IMG/VR virus record: IMGVR_UViG_3300012921_000064
Span: 1 to 31,968 of that record
Strand: one strand, 5' to 3'
DNA from: a virus
Taxonomy: Duplodnaviria; Caudoviricetes
Length of the DNA: 31,968 nucleotides
Shown here: piece by piece, positions 9,680-18,970 of the stretch
Position numbering within the stretch: the stretch's first letter is position 1
Layout: each line of letters starts with the position of its first letter
Program-made: the position numbers and the translations under genes
Notes under the pieces: model-generated
What the model saw: the letters and a program-made list of their open reading frames with translations, nothing else
The model's database searches: none
Told to the model about the DNA's origin: nothing

Positions 9680-10855
9680 ATGCCGTCTCTCACCCCACAA
9701 GAGCGCCTCGATTTGGCGCTGACCATCGCCGGCGAGATCGACCCTCGGCTTACCCCGTATGGGACGCCGGAATCCGCGCAAGAGATTGCGGCTATTCTGG
9801 GGACGATCGACAACCGGCGAACCTTGGGGGTGTTCAAGTACGGCACGTTCTCGGATGTCGTGAAGGCCCCCAAGCAGTATTCGACTTGGAACAACGCCGA
9901 CAGCAGACGCATCGCGCGTGAGAACTACCAAAACTTCAAGGAGCACATCGACAAAGCAATCGAAGCGTACGCTGGCGGCTATTTGAAATCTCCAGCGCCT
10001 GGTGCGACGCACTATTGGGCGCCGCGTGCAATGGAAGCGATGACTGGCAGTCCAAATCCCTACTGGGCACCTGATCTCGTCAAGCCATGGACGTCCGTAG
10101 GCGCACACATCTTCGGCGCGTATCCAGGTACCCCGGAAAAGCTGGCGGTGGCGCGCGACTGGATGCGCAGCCCGCCGGTTCCAATGATGAACCCGGCTAC
10201 CTTAGAAAGCATTGGCGTTCCTAGGAGCTGGTCGGAGTACGCAGCGTCGCGGATGTCGGCGCCGAGAGACCCGGTAAGCGACGGCCGCTCCATCGCCGAA
10301 ATGCAACAAGACCGGCTCACGATGGGGCTCGGTGGCGTGCTTGGCCTCGACGGACGCTTGGTCGGGCCGTCGCCGTTGGCGCCGGCCCCCGTCGGCCCCG
10401 TCGAGCGATACCCACTTCCGCTGCCGGCGCCGGTCGAGGACAGGGCCTCGCCTCTCGCGGCGTCTCCCATCCTGCATGTCACGCGCAGCCCCCTCCCAGC
10501 CGCTCGGGGGAAGCCGACCAACCGTCCATCGCGCGAGCTTGGCGCAATGCGACCCGCCGCGGCGAAAGCGTCCGATACCGACCTTGACAAGCTAAGGGCC
10601 GCCTATGCGCAGCTGGCGGCTACACGCATGGCAGGCCTGCTGATGCAAATGGCGCCGGTCGCTGCGCCGAAGGCAACGCCGGCTGCGCCGGCAGGCGAGC
10701 GTTTGATCCGCAAAAAGCCGGTCGCTAACCCGATCTCTGTAGGCCGGCCCGCCAGTGGGCTGGGTGGCAGCTTTTCAGGCGGCGCTGGCGGGCTCGGCGG
10801 CGGACCGACCGGCGGCGGTATGGGCGGGCTCGGCCAGAACTACGGGGGGTTGTGA
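9680..10855 (+). CDS. SleB/Hydrolase_2-like cell-wall hydrolase with Pro/Gly-rich C-terminal extension
   Basis: LALTIAGE (catalytic Glu), TIDNR, VV.AP.QYS.WN, GATHY, PYW, VGAHIF; RBS GGAAGGGA before ATG 9680. Confidence 0.85.
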   Translation: MPSLTPQERLDLALTIAGEIDPRLTPYGTPESAQEIAAILGTIDNRRTLGVFKYGTFSDVVKAPKQYSTWNNADSRRIARENYQNFKEHIDKAIEAYAGGYLKSPAPGATHYWAPRAMEAMTGSPNPYWAPDLVKPWTSVGAHIFGAYPGTPEKLAVARDWMRSPPVPMMNPATLESIGVPRSWSEYAASRMSAPRDPVSDGRSIAEMQQDRLTMGLGGVLGLDGRLVGPSPLAPAPVGPVERYPLPLPAPVEDRASPLAASPILHVTRSPLPAARGKPTNRPSRELGAMRPAAAKASDTDLDKLRAAYAQLAATRMAGLLMQMAPVAAPKATPAAPAGERLIRKKPVANPISVGRPASGLGGSFSGGAGGLGGGPTGGGMGGLGQNYGGL

Positions 10856-11068
10856 GGGCGGCAGGGCAATAGGCGCTCGCTTTGCCGTGGTACAGTCTGC
10901 GGGCGTGCCCCAGGCCAGCTCAGCGCCGCCCCCTGCCATGGAAGCGTTTCAGAAAGCTGGTTTATTTCAGTCACATAGCTTGTTCAAACGTGCATCTTCC
11001 ATGGCGCTAGCGGCCGGCGGTGTGTCTTCGAAGAGAGGATGGCACCGGCGCCGCGCCAAGTTCCAAGA

Positions 11069-11280
11069 CCTCGGCGCCGCCCCTCATCCGCCTGCCGGCA
11101 CCTTCTCCCCGTATAGAGACGGGGAGAAGACGGCCAACCGGCAACCTCTTCACCAACCAGCATCGCAGCATTGCTTGACGACGGCACGCCGGTGATTGGC
11201 GAAAGCCGAGATGACAGCCTCCTTCTCCCCGTCTCTATACGGGGAGAAGTGCCGGCAGGCGATGAGGGGCGGCGCCGAGG
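11069..11280. repeat. Inverted pair of rhizobial palindromic (RIME/REP-like) elements
   Basis: CCTCGGCGCCGCCCCTCATCCGCCTGCCGGCACCTTCTCCCCGTATAGAGACGGGGAGAAG at 11069-11129 and its near-perfect reverse complement at 11222-11280. Confidence 0.9.
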
Positions 11281-11365
11281 CTTCAGAGCAAGGCTTCGCG
11301 GACAGCTGCGCCAGATAGCTGATTGGCACTTTCATCAACGATGGCGCCCGCGCCGGGCGGTGTGT

Positions 11366-11440
11366 CTCTCAAGCAATTCCAAGGCTTGGCGAAAGACCAA
11401 GCCGAAAATTGCTATCTCTCCCGCCAGCCAGGGGAGAGAT
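11366..11440. repeat. Palindromic intergenic repeat (CTCTCAAGCAATTCCAA...GCTATCTCTCCC...GGGAGAGAT family)
   Basis: Related copies near 3770-3828, 17301-17433 and 20588-20661. Confidence 0.75.
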
Positions 11441-11509
11441 GGGCGCGCTTCCTCGGCGGCGCGGTTTCGTCCTGACGCCTCCGATTCGACGGCTCAGCCG
11501 AGGTGCCGC

Positions 11510-12787
11510 TTGCAGGGTCGCAGTCTGAAAATTCCGACGGCGGAGATTTTTTCGCCGCTGCTCGAGCCGGCGCGCGACAAGGGGGCGTTCGGCGGGCGCG
11601 GGTCGGGGAAATCGCACTTCTTCGCGGGGCTGCTGATCGAGGACAGCCTGACGGAAAAAGGGCTGCTTTCGGCCTGTATCCGTGAGGTGCAGAAATCGCT
11701 GAAAGATTCGGCGAAGCGGCTGATCGAAGCGAAGCTCGCACAGTATGGCCTCGGCGAGGCCGATGGCTTCAAGGTTTTTCGCGATGTGATCGAGACGCCG
11801 GGCGACGGCGTTATCATCTTCCAAGGCATGCAGGACCACACGGCGGAATCGATCAAGTCGCTCGAAGGCTTCCGCCGCGCCTGGGTCGAGGAAGCGCAGA
11901 CGCTTTCGGCCAGCTCGATCGGGCTCTTGAGGCCGACGATCCGCATGCCCGGCTCAGAACTCTGGTGGAGCTGGAACCCGCGCCGCAAGGCCGATCCGGT
12001 CGACCGCATGCTGCGGGGAGCGAACCGGCCGACGGGTGCTCAAATCGTGCGCGCCAACTGGTCGGACAATCCATGGTTTCCGGACGTGCTCGAGCAGGAG
12101 CGGCGCGACTGCCTGCGGCTCACGCCGGAACAATATGATCACATCTGGGAAGGCGGGTACGCGGCCGTGCTGTCAGGCGCATATTACGCGGCGTGCCTCG
12201 CCGACGCGAAACTGGAAGGGCGAATCGGCAAAGTTGCGCGCGACCCGCTGATGCCGCTCAAGGCTTTCTGGGACATCGGCGTCGCCGACGCGACCTCGAT
12301 CTGGGTGGCTCAGTTCGTCGGCCGTGCCGTGCTGGTGCTCGACTATTACGAGGCGGTCCACCAGCCGCTTGCAAGCCATCTGCAATGGCTGCGCGGCACG
12401 GGCTATGGCGGCGCCACCTGCGTGCTGCCGCATGACGGCGCCAGGGAAGATGCCGTCAGCGCCATCCGCTTCGAGGATCATATCCGCTCGGCTGGCTTCG
12501 AGGTCGAGACGGTGGCGAACCAGGGCAAGGGCGCGGCGCAAAAACGCATCGAGGCAGCGCGCCGGCTGTTCCCGTCGATCTGGTTCAACGAGGCAACGAC
12601 CGAGGCGGGCCGTGATGCGCTTGGCTTCTATCACGAGAAGATCGACGACGCGCGGAACGTCGGGCTCGGGCCTGAACACGATTGGGCGAGCCATGCCAGC
12701 GATGCGTTCGGGCTGATGTGCGTAGCCTACGAAGCGCCGGCCGGTCGGCCCGAGAGCGATTCGACAGATCAAACATGGGTGGCCTGA
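11510..12787 (+). CDS. terL: Terminase large subunit (PBSX-like)
   Basis: Walker A GGRGSGKS, Walker B WVEEA, NP coupling motif, nuclease WDIG and HASDAF; probable TTG start at 11510 after GAGGT. Confidence 0.95.
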   Translation: MQGRSLKIPTAEIFSPLLEPARDKGAFGGRGSGKSHFFAGLLIEDSLTEKGLLSACIREVQKSLKDSAKRLIEAKLAQYGLGEADGFKVFRDVIETPGDGVIIFQGMQDHTAESIKSLEGFRRAWVEEAQTLSASSIGLLRPTIRMPGSELWWSWNPRRKADPVDRMLRGANRPTGAQIVRANWSDNPWFPDVLEQERRDCLRLTPEQYDHIWEGGYAAVLSGAYYAACLADAKLEGRIGKVARDPLMPLKAFWDIGVADATSIWVAQFVGRAVLVLDYYEAVHQPLASHLQWLRGTGYGGATCVLPHDGAREDAVSAIRFEDHIRSAGFEVETVANQGKGAAQKRIEAARRLFPSIWFNEATTEAGRDALGFYHEKIDDARNVGLGPEHDWASHASDAFGLMCVAYEAPAGRPESDSTDQTWVA

Positions 12788-12790
12788 ATC

Positions 12791-13066
12791 ATGGGTGGCT
12801 TGGCAAATGGGCACATGGAACGGCTGTCGACGCGTGAACTCGTGGCGCTTCAGAATTCCGCTGGCGCAATCCTCGCGGTCAAAAATCCTGAGCAACTCAG
12901 GTCGCGCTACGCGGTTTTCGATCCTTCAAAGATCGAGTCCCGCAATCTGCTTGCATCGCTGGCGGCCGTGGGCGGGGTCTCGCTGGTCCTGGACGACGAG
13001 GAGGAGCAGCAGCGAGTCCATCAGGTTGGCTCCGTGTCGCCGGGAGGCGGCGCATCTGACGATTGA
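12791..13066 (+). pseudogene. Orphan C-terminal fragment of ART-like polyvalent protein
   Basis: QLRSRYAVFDPSKIESRNLLASLAAVGG matches QLRSPFAVFDPAKINSRDLLASFAAAFGG of 16378-17235. Confidence 0.7.
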
Positions 13067-13335
13067 TCATGTGGGCTCGACGAAACGAGCCGAAGCTGCC
13101 GGCCATTGGGTCGGGGCGGCGGCGACCCCCCCGCCGTTCGAGCCGTGTGTTCCCACCACTGAAGCGGCACCGGCTGAATTCTCTGTCGCAGGAGTTCCCT
13201 CTCAGCTGGAGACGGCGAACAATTCTCCAAGCTCAGCGGAAAAGGAAGTCGCAGATAGCGCGGTGTTTTTTTCGAGACAGCAGAGCGCGATCGATCTGGA
13301 CGACGCGGAGTCGAAGCATCAGATTTTCGCGGCAT
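13021..13335 (-). CDS. Possible hypothetical protein
   Basis: 104 aa ORF with AT-rich upstream region, convergent on the ART fragment; no recognisable family. Confidence 0.3.
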   Translation of the reverse strand: MPRKSDASTPRRPDRSRSAVSKKTPRYLRLPFPLSLENCSPSPAERELLRQRIQPVPLQWWEHTARTAGGSPPPRPNGRQLRLVSSSPHDQSSDAPPPGDTEPT

Positions 13336-13535
13336 TGCGATTCTTTCGAAGCGTTATGACGTTGTAATTATTACGAATTTGCCAACAAAAAAGCAAGCGA
13401 ATCGTACTGAAGGAGACCTCAGGCCGCGGTTCGCAGCCCACGATTACTCGCGGTCAATTCGCGCGCGCTGCACGCGCAACTGGCTGCCATTGCCGCGTCT
13501 GAGCAGCCGTCCACGAGACAAACGGGAATCATGAA

Positions 13536-15635
13536 ATGTCAGAGCAGGGTATCCGGGAGGAGGAGCTGAAGGCGCTGCTCGCCTCCGAGATCGGCGCAGC
13601 GTTGATGGACGACGCGCACGAGCTTTCGGAGCGCCGGGCGAAGGCGCTCGAATATTATCGCGGCGAGATGAGCGACACGCCGGCGATGGTGAACCGCTCC
13701 TCGATCGTGTCGCGCGATGTGGCCGACACGATCGGCTGGATGCTGCCCGGCATCATCCGTGTCTATGCCGCGTCGGACCGCATGGCCGAATACGAGCCGG
13801 TTCAGCCGGGCGACGAGGGTTTTGCCAGACAGGCGACCGACTACATCAACCACATCTTCTGGAAGGACAATCAAGGCTACCGCATTCTCTGGGATGCGAC
13901 GCATGACAGCCTGCTGATGGGCAACGGCATCGTCAAACATTTCTGGGACGATGCGGAGGAGTGTTTTTACGACGAGTTCTCCGGGCTGACGGCGGCGCAG
14001 GTCGCGCTGCTGGTTGATGACGGCTGTGAGATCGCCGCTTCGAAGGAGGGCGTGCCGCAGCGGCTCCTTTTGCCGGAAGGCGTGGTCGTGCAGCCGACTT
14101 TCGACGTCAAGACCAAGCGGGTCGTGTCGCGCGGGCGGCTGAGGCTCGAATGCGTCGAGCCGGAGAATTTCCTGATCGATCGGCAGGCGCGCTCGATCGA
14201 GGAGGCGCGCTTTTGCGCGCATCGCGACGAGAAGAGTCGCTCCGAACTGATCGAGATGGGATTTGCGCGTGATGTAGTCGATGCATTGCCGGCGGATGGA
14301 GGCTCGGCCTGGTCGGAAGAAAGCCTTGCGCGCGACGAAGCTTCCGATGGGCTCGCCGATGTCGGCCATGAAGCGACGCGGCTGGTCGAGATCTTCGAGT
14401 GTTATGTGAAGGCCGACGTCGACGGCGACGGGGTCGCGGAAACGATACGCGCCTATTATGCCGGCAAGGCCGGCGCGGGCGAGCTGCTCGACTGGGAGGT
14501 GTGGGAAGACGACATTCCCTTCTCCGACATTCCGTGCGAGCCGGTGCCGCACCGCTGGGACGCGCGCTCGATCGCCGACGAGACCATGGACGTGCAGCGG
14601 GTGAAGACCGTGCTGTCGCGCCAGATGCTCGACAATCTCTATGCCTCCAATCTGCCGATGTCGGAGGCCGAGCAGGGGGCGGTGGTCAATCCGGAAATGC
14701 TGACGGCGCCGAAATTCGGCGGCGTGATCTGGCGCCGCAAGGGACTGCCCGGGCCGGCGGTGTCATGGCAGACGGTGCCGTTCGTGGCCGACAAGGTGCT
14801 GGTGGCGCTCCAGCATTTCGACCAGGTGATCGAGAAGCGCACCGGCATCTCGCGCGCCACCATGGCGCTCGATCCTGAGGCGCTGCAGAACCAAACGGCG
14901 ACCGCTGCACAGAACCAGCGGGATGCCGCCTATTCGCAGATCGAGCTCGTCGCCCGCAACCAGGCCGAGCTCGGCTGGCGCCGTGTCTTCCGGCAGATGC
15001 TGAAGCTGATCGTGAAACACCAGGACCGGCCGCGCACGATCCGCTTGCGTGACCAATGGGTAGAGATGGACCCGCGCGCCTGGAATGCCGGCATGGACGT
15101 GACGATCAATGTCGGCTTGGGCACCGGCAGCCGCGACCGCGACATGGCGATGATCAACAACATCATGAGCGTGCAGGCCGCGATCACGCAGAAGCTGGCG
15201 GAGGCCGGGTTTGCCGAAGAAGCGATCGGGATGATCCCGCGGATCGCGCTGTCTGCGACGCGGCTGGCGGAGAGCGCCGGCGTGCGGAACCCGGACAGCT
15301 ATTTTCCGCAGTTTTCGACCGATGCGATTGCGCGAATGCAGCAGGCGGCGCGGGCAAACGCCGGCGCGCCGGACGGGCGGATCGAGGCGGAGCGGCAGAA
15401 GGTTTCCGCAGAGGCCGGGATTGCGATGCGGAAAGCCGAGATCGAGGCCGGGCTGCGGCGGGAGCGGATGCTGTTCGAGCAGAATTTGCGGCGGGAGCAG
15501 ATGGCGGGTGAATTGGCGCTCAAACGCGAGCAACTGGCGGCAGAACTGGCGCTGAAGGAGAGGCTGGCGCTGGAAGAGATGGCGATGCGGATGGGGTCGA
15601 CGTCAGGGGTGCATGTGGGTGGGGAGCCGGGGTGA
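13536..15635 (+). CDS. Portal protein (P22-like podovirus type)
   Basis: 699 aa after terL; ALEYYRGE, SRDVADTI, D.LL.GNG.VK, NQTATA and long C-terminal coiled coil. Confidence 0.92.
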   Translation: MSEQGIREEELKALLASEIGAALMDDAHELSERRAKALEYYRGEMSDTPAMVNRSSIVSRDVADTIGWMLPGIIRVYAASDRMAEYEPVQPGDEGFARQATDYINHIFWKDNQGYRILWDATHDSLLMGNGIVKHFWDDAEECFYDEFSGLTAAQVALLVDDGCEIAASKEGVPQRLLLPEGVVVQPTFDVKTKRVVSRGRLRLECVEPENFLIDRQARSIEEARFCAHRDEKSRSELIEMGFARDVVDALPADGGSAWSEESLARDEASDGLADVGHEATRLVEIFECYVKADVDGDGVAETIRAYYAGKAGAGELLDWEVWEDDIPFSDIPCEPVPHRWDARSIADETMDVQRVKTVLSRQMLDNLYASNLPMSEAEQGAVVNPEMLTAPKFGGVIWRRKGLPGPAVSWQTVPFVADKVLVALQHFDQVIEKRTGISRATMALDPEALQNQTATAAQNQRDAAYSQIELVARNQAELGWRRVFRQMLKLIVKHQDRPRTIRLRDQWVEMDPRAWNAGMDVTINVGLGTGSRDRDMAMINNIMSVQAAITQKLAEAGFAEEAIGMIPRIALSATRLAESAGVRNPDSYFPQFSTDAIARMQQAARANAGAPDGRIEAERQKVSAEAGIAMRKAEIEAGLRRERMLFEQNLRREQMAGELALKREQLAAELALKERLALEEMAMRMGSTSGVHVGGEPG

Positions 15636-15665
15636 GGGAGCGAGCAGGCAACAGGCCGGCCGCTC

Positions 15666-15915
15666 GCGGAATATTCCCCGCTACTCGTGGCCCAGCTCCG
15701 GAAGGTGCGAAAATAGCGGCTGATCAGGCTGCGTCTCCTGTCCGGACAGGTGCCGCAGATCCGGGTCTACCGGGTGGACACGGGCGTTTGGGGGCGCCTG
15801 CTGTCGGCTGGGCATCATAGCGATCTACCCGCTCGAACATCCGCTTTATGGCATCGCGCCGCTCGTCCGGGCTCATTTGATGCCCGCGGGCTTCAGATCA
15901 CGATATTCAGGCGTC
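15666..15915 (+). pseudogene. Degenerate duplicate of the ART-like gene middle region
   Basis: About 250 bp closely matching 16730-16979, with two 1-bp indels. Confidence 0.85.
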
Positions 15916-16028
15916 GCGATACCGGCTGGGCAACACTTGCTGTCTCTCCCGCCCCCTCGACAGGCTCAGCGGGAAGATAGCAGGCCACGATGGCGCCGCC
16001 GGTTTCGGCTCAGCCTGGAGGATACTCG

Positions 16029-16268
16029 ATGAGCGATGTTGAAACGCGGGCGTTTGCGGCGAAGCGGCTGCTCGAGGAGCCGCTGCTCGTGCAGGCGTTC
16101 GAGACGGTTTCCAGGAATGCGATGAGCGGGCTGGTGACCGTCGATGCCGATAACCGGACGGCGGTGCTCAGGCTGCAGGCCAAGGCGCAGGTGATCGACG
16201 AGATCATCTCCGAGCTGGAAGGCGCGATCCTGGCGGCGATGCCGCAGGAACAGCAGGAGGTGCCTTGA
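16029..16268 (+). CDS. Small conserved post-portal phage protein, copy 1
   Basis: 79 aa, RBS GGAGGA; A.RLLEEPLL..AF pattern usual between portal and scaffold. Confidence 0.8.
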   Translation: MSDVETRAFAAKRLLEEPLLVQAFETVSRNAMSGLVTVDADNRTAVLRLQAKAQVIDEIISELEGAILAAMPQEQQEVP

Positions 16269-16377
16269 TGGACGAAGAATACATCCGCGGGTTGGCGAAG
16301 TTTCTGAGTGATACCGAAACCCTGCCTCTGTCGATGCGCCGACCTGAGGGCCCTACGGGTTAGGCCCTGTCGAAGGC

Positions 16378-17235
16378 GTGCCGCTCGGGCCGCGTGGACT
16401 CGGGGCTCCCGATACCGGATTGCCGATGGACCGGGCGGCGCGCATGGCGAGGGCGGCACACGCCGGCTATCGGCAAGGCATGCCGATCGCATTCGGTGTC
16501 GCTCCGGCCGATGAGCGCGTTGCAAGGGCGGCGATCACGGTGAATGGGCGGCTGTTCACGGGCAGGACCCACTTGGATGCAACGTTGAGAGCCGAGAAAG
16601 CGTTCGGGAAGCCTATCGATACAATTGACCCGGAACAGATTTTTGACGGCTTTACCACCACGGCTGGGCGCTTCGTAAGCCGCAGGGAGGCATCCGACAT
16701 TGCTGAAAGAGGCGGGCAGGGCCAAACAAGCGGAATATTCGGCGCTACTCGTGGTCTAGCTTCGGAAGATGCGACGATGGCGTCTGGTCAGGCTGCGTCT
16801 CCTGTCCGGACAGGTGCCACAGATCCGGGTCTACCGGGCGGACACGGCGTTTGGGGGCGCCTCTTATCGGCTGGGCATAATAGCGATCTACCCTCTCAAA
16901 CATCCGCTTTATGGCATCGCGCCGCTCGTCCGGGCTCATTTGATGCCCGCGGGCTTTCAGATCACGATATTCAGGCGTCTCTGAGAAATGCATGGGAACA
17001 TGGCCACGATGCTGTGAAGATTGAGAACTATATAAGACCCGGAAGCAAAAGGCCAGAAACGGTTATCGTGGTGCGGGACCAAAATCAGCTTCGCTCGCCA
17101 TTCGCGGTGTTCGACCCGGCAAAGATCAACTCGCGCGATCTGCTCGCCTCGTTTGCCGCAGCATTCGGCGGGGGCCTTGCCGCTTTCGGCGCCACTCCAC
17201 CGGCCGTAGACGAAGACCAACAACCGGTCCCGTAA
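16378..17235 (+). CDS. Polyvalent-type protein with ADP-ribosyltransferase-like (ART-PolyVal-like) C-terminus; 5' end probably frameshifted from ATG 16268
   Basis: LPMDRAARMARA, GRTH...GFTT..GRFVSRREA..IA...GQ domain, GHDAVKIENY...VVRDQNQLRSPFAVFDP; the coupled TGATG start at 16268 is in a different frame. Confidence 0.65.
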   Translation: MPLGPRGLGAPDTGLPMDRAARMARAAHAGYRQGMPIAFGVAPADERVARAAITVNGRLFTGRTHLDATLRAEKAFGKPIDTIDPEQIFDGFTTTAGRFVSRREASDIAERGGQGQTSGIFGATRGLASEDATMASGQAASPVRTGATDPGLPGGHGVWGRLLSAGHNSDLPSQTSALWHRAARPGSFDARGLSDHDIQASLRNAWEHGHDAVKIENYIRPGSKRPETVIVVRDQNQLRSPFAVFDPAKINSRDLLASFAAAFGGGLAAFGATPPAVDEDQQPVP

Positions 17236-17482
17236 CGGACCACCGGCCAACCATCATCTGCAGTCTCTCCCGCCCGCCGCGCGATGGCGATGGCGCTGTT
17301 TCTCACAAGCAATTCCAACCCAGCCTGTATCGCGACGGAGACGTCACGGCCGTCATCAACGGCGTTGTCGCGACACTGGCTGCGCAACAATTGCTATCTC
17401 TCCCGCCCGCTCGACAGGCTCGGGGGGAAGATAGCCGGCCGCGATGGCGGCGCTGGTTTCGGCTCAGCCTGGGGGACGCCCG

Positions 17483-17707
17483 ATGGCCGGTTTCGCTGCG
17501 AGGCGGCTGCTCGATGAGGCGTTGCTCGCGCAGGCGTTGGAGACGGTTTCCAGGAACGCGATGGGCCGGCTGGTGGCGGTCGATGCGGACGACAGGACGG
17601 CGGTGCTTAGGATGCAGGCCAAGGCGCAGGTGATAGATGAGATAATCTCCGAGCTGGAAGCGGCGACCCTGGCGGCGATGCCGCAGGAACAGCAGGCGGT
17701 TTCGTAG
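17483..17707 (+). CDS. Small post-portal protein, copy 2
   Basis: Near-identical paralog of 16029-16268 (QAKAQVIDEIISELE.A.LAAMPQEQQ); weaker RBS and short N-terminal deletion. Confidence 0.65.
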   Translation: MAGFAARRLLDEALLAQALETVSRNAMGRLVAVDADDRTAVLRMQAKAQVIDEIISELEAATLAAMPQEQQAVS

Positions 17708-17774
17708 GTGGCGGCGCTCGCTCGCACTTCTCTCCCATAGAGGAAGCTGTCACTGCGGCGCTACCTTGGAGAGT

Positions 17775-17834
17775 TCGGCGCCGCCCCTCATCCGACCCTT
17801 CGGGCCACCTTTCCCCCGTGAACGGGGAGAAGGG
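17775..17834. repeat. Rhizobial palindromic element
   Basis: TCGGCGCCGCCCCTCATCCG...CACCTTTCCCCCGTGAACGGGGAGAAGG, same family as 11069-11129. Confidence 0.8.
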
Positions 17835-17980
17835 AAAGTGGCGCCGGCGCGCTGCCGCACGGGCCCCTTCCAGCCTGCCGGCCATCTCCCCTCGAGATCG
17901 GCAGCGGCGCGGGCACATTCAAACGGCCTCGTCGTCTGGGCGAACCGCCGGTCGAAAGTTCAACAACCCAAGAGGCAAAC

Positions 17981-18949
17981 ATGACTGATGGCGATCTCCC
18001 GCAAGGGACCGCAGGGCCGCTCTCGTTCGATGAGAGCGTGGAGAATATTTCCCATCTCTTCGAAGACCGGGCGACCGATCTCTCCGGAGACGATGAGGGC
18101 AAGGCCAAGGGCGACGAACCCGAGGCCGGCGACGCGCGGCTGGAGGATCCGGTCGGCGAGGAAGATGAAGGCGGCTCAGCGGAGCAGTCGGGCGGCTTCG
18201 CGGGATTTGACGCGAAGGTGCGCCTCGACGACGGCTCGGTGATCACCGTCGGCGATCTTGCCCGCAACAACCTCTTCCAGCGCGACTACACCCGCAAGAC
18301 CACCGAGCTGGCGGCCGAACGCGAGACGTTCGAGGCGCAACGGTCCAAGGTCGGGCAATACGCTCAGGCAATGGCGGCCGAGCGGGACTTTTTTCTTCAG
18401 GTGGCGCAGCACTTCCTGCCCATGCCTCCCGACCGAAGCCTCATCGAGACCGAGCCGCGGCAATACATGGCGGCGAAGGAGGCTTACGAGGATAGCATGC
18501 AACTCATCGCGCAGCTGCAAATGCAGCGGCAGGCCGAGCTCGCCCGCCATGCCGAGGACGTGGCGATCAGGAGCCACGGCCATCGCCAGGGCGAGGCGCA
18601 GAGACTCTTCGAGGCGATGCCGGAGCTGAAGCAGCCCGGCGTCTACAAGAAGTTCTGGCAGGATGCGGTCGAGACGATGGCCGATTACGGTTTTTCGGAA
18701 GCCGAGCTCAACGACGCTGCCGACCACCGGCTCTACCGCGCCATGAGCGATCTCATCCGGCTGCGGCGGGCGCTGAAACGCGCACCGGACGTACCCGGCG
18801 AGATCGAAGGCCGGCCGAGGCTTTTCGGCGGCGGCAAGCGGCAGGACCCGAAGACGAGAATCTCCCGCGAGAAGCAGAGCCTGGCCGAGCGGCAGCGCCG
18901 CAGCGGGTCCCTCGAGGACACGATCGCAAGGCTCGAGAACCTCATCTGA
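17981..18949 (+). CDS. Capsid scaffolding protein
   Basis: Acidic N-terminus, QRDYTRKTTELA motif, coiled coil, DHR motif; immediately upstream of capsid gene. Confidence 0.85.
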   Translation: MTDGDLPQGTAGPLSFDESVENISHLFEDRATDLSGDDEGKAKGDEPEAGDARLEDPVGEEDEGGSAEQSGGFAGFDAKVRLDDGSVITVGDLARNNLFQRDYTRKTTELAAERETFEAQRSKVGQYAQAMAAERDFFLQVAQHFLPMPPDRSLIETEPRQYMAAKEAYEDSMQLIAQLQMQRQAELARHAEDVAIRSHGHRQGEAQRLFEAMPELKQPGVYKKFWQDAVETMADYGFSEAELNDAADHRLYRAMSDLIRLRRALKRAPDVPGEIEGRPRLFGGGKRQDPKTRISREKQSLAERQRRSGSLEDTIARLENLI

Positions 18950-18970
18950 AAAACCCAGGAGAATGAAAAG

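Noticed and set aside
9680-10855. Calling the hydrolase the element's endolysin
   Set aside because: No adjacent holin or spanin, a long low-complexity tail, and a paralog among ejection genes fit a virion-associated enzyme better; not fully excluded
11171-11509. N-terminal extension of terL
   Set aside because: Translates palindromic repeats; terminase-like sequence begins near 11510
15666-16979. Diversity-generating retroelement TR/VR pair
   Set aside because: Differences include indels and are not restricted to adenines; no reverse transcriptase in the window
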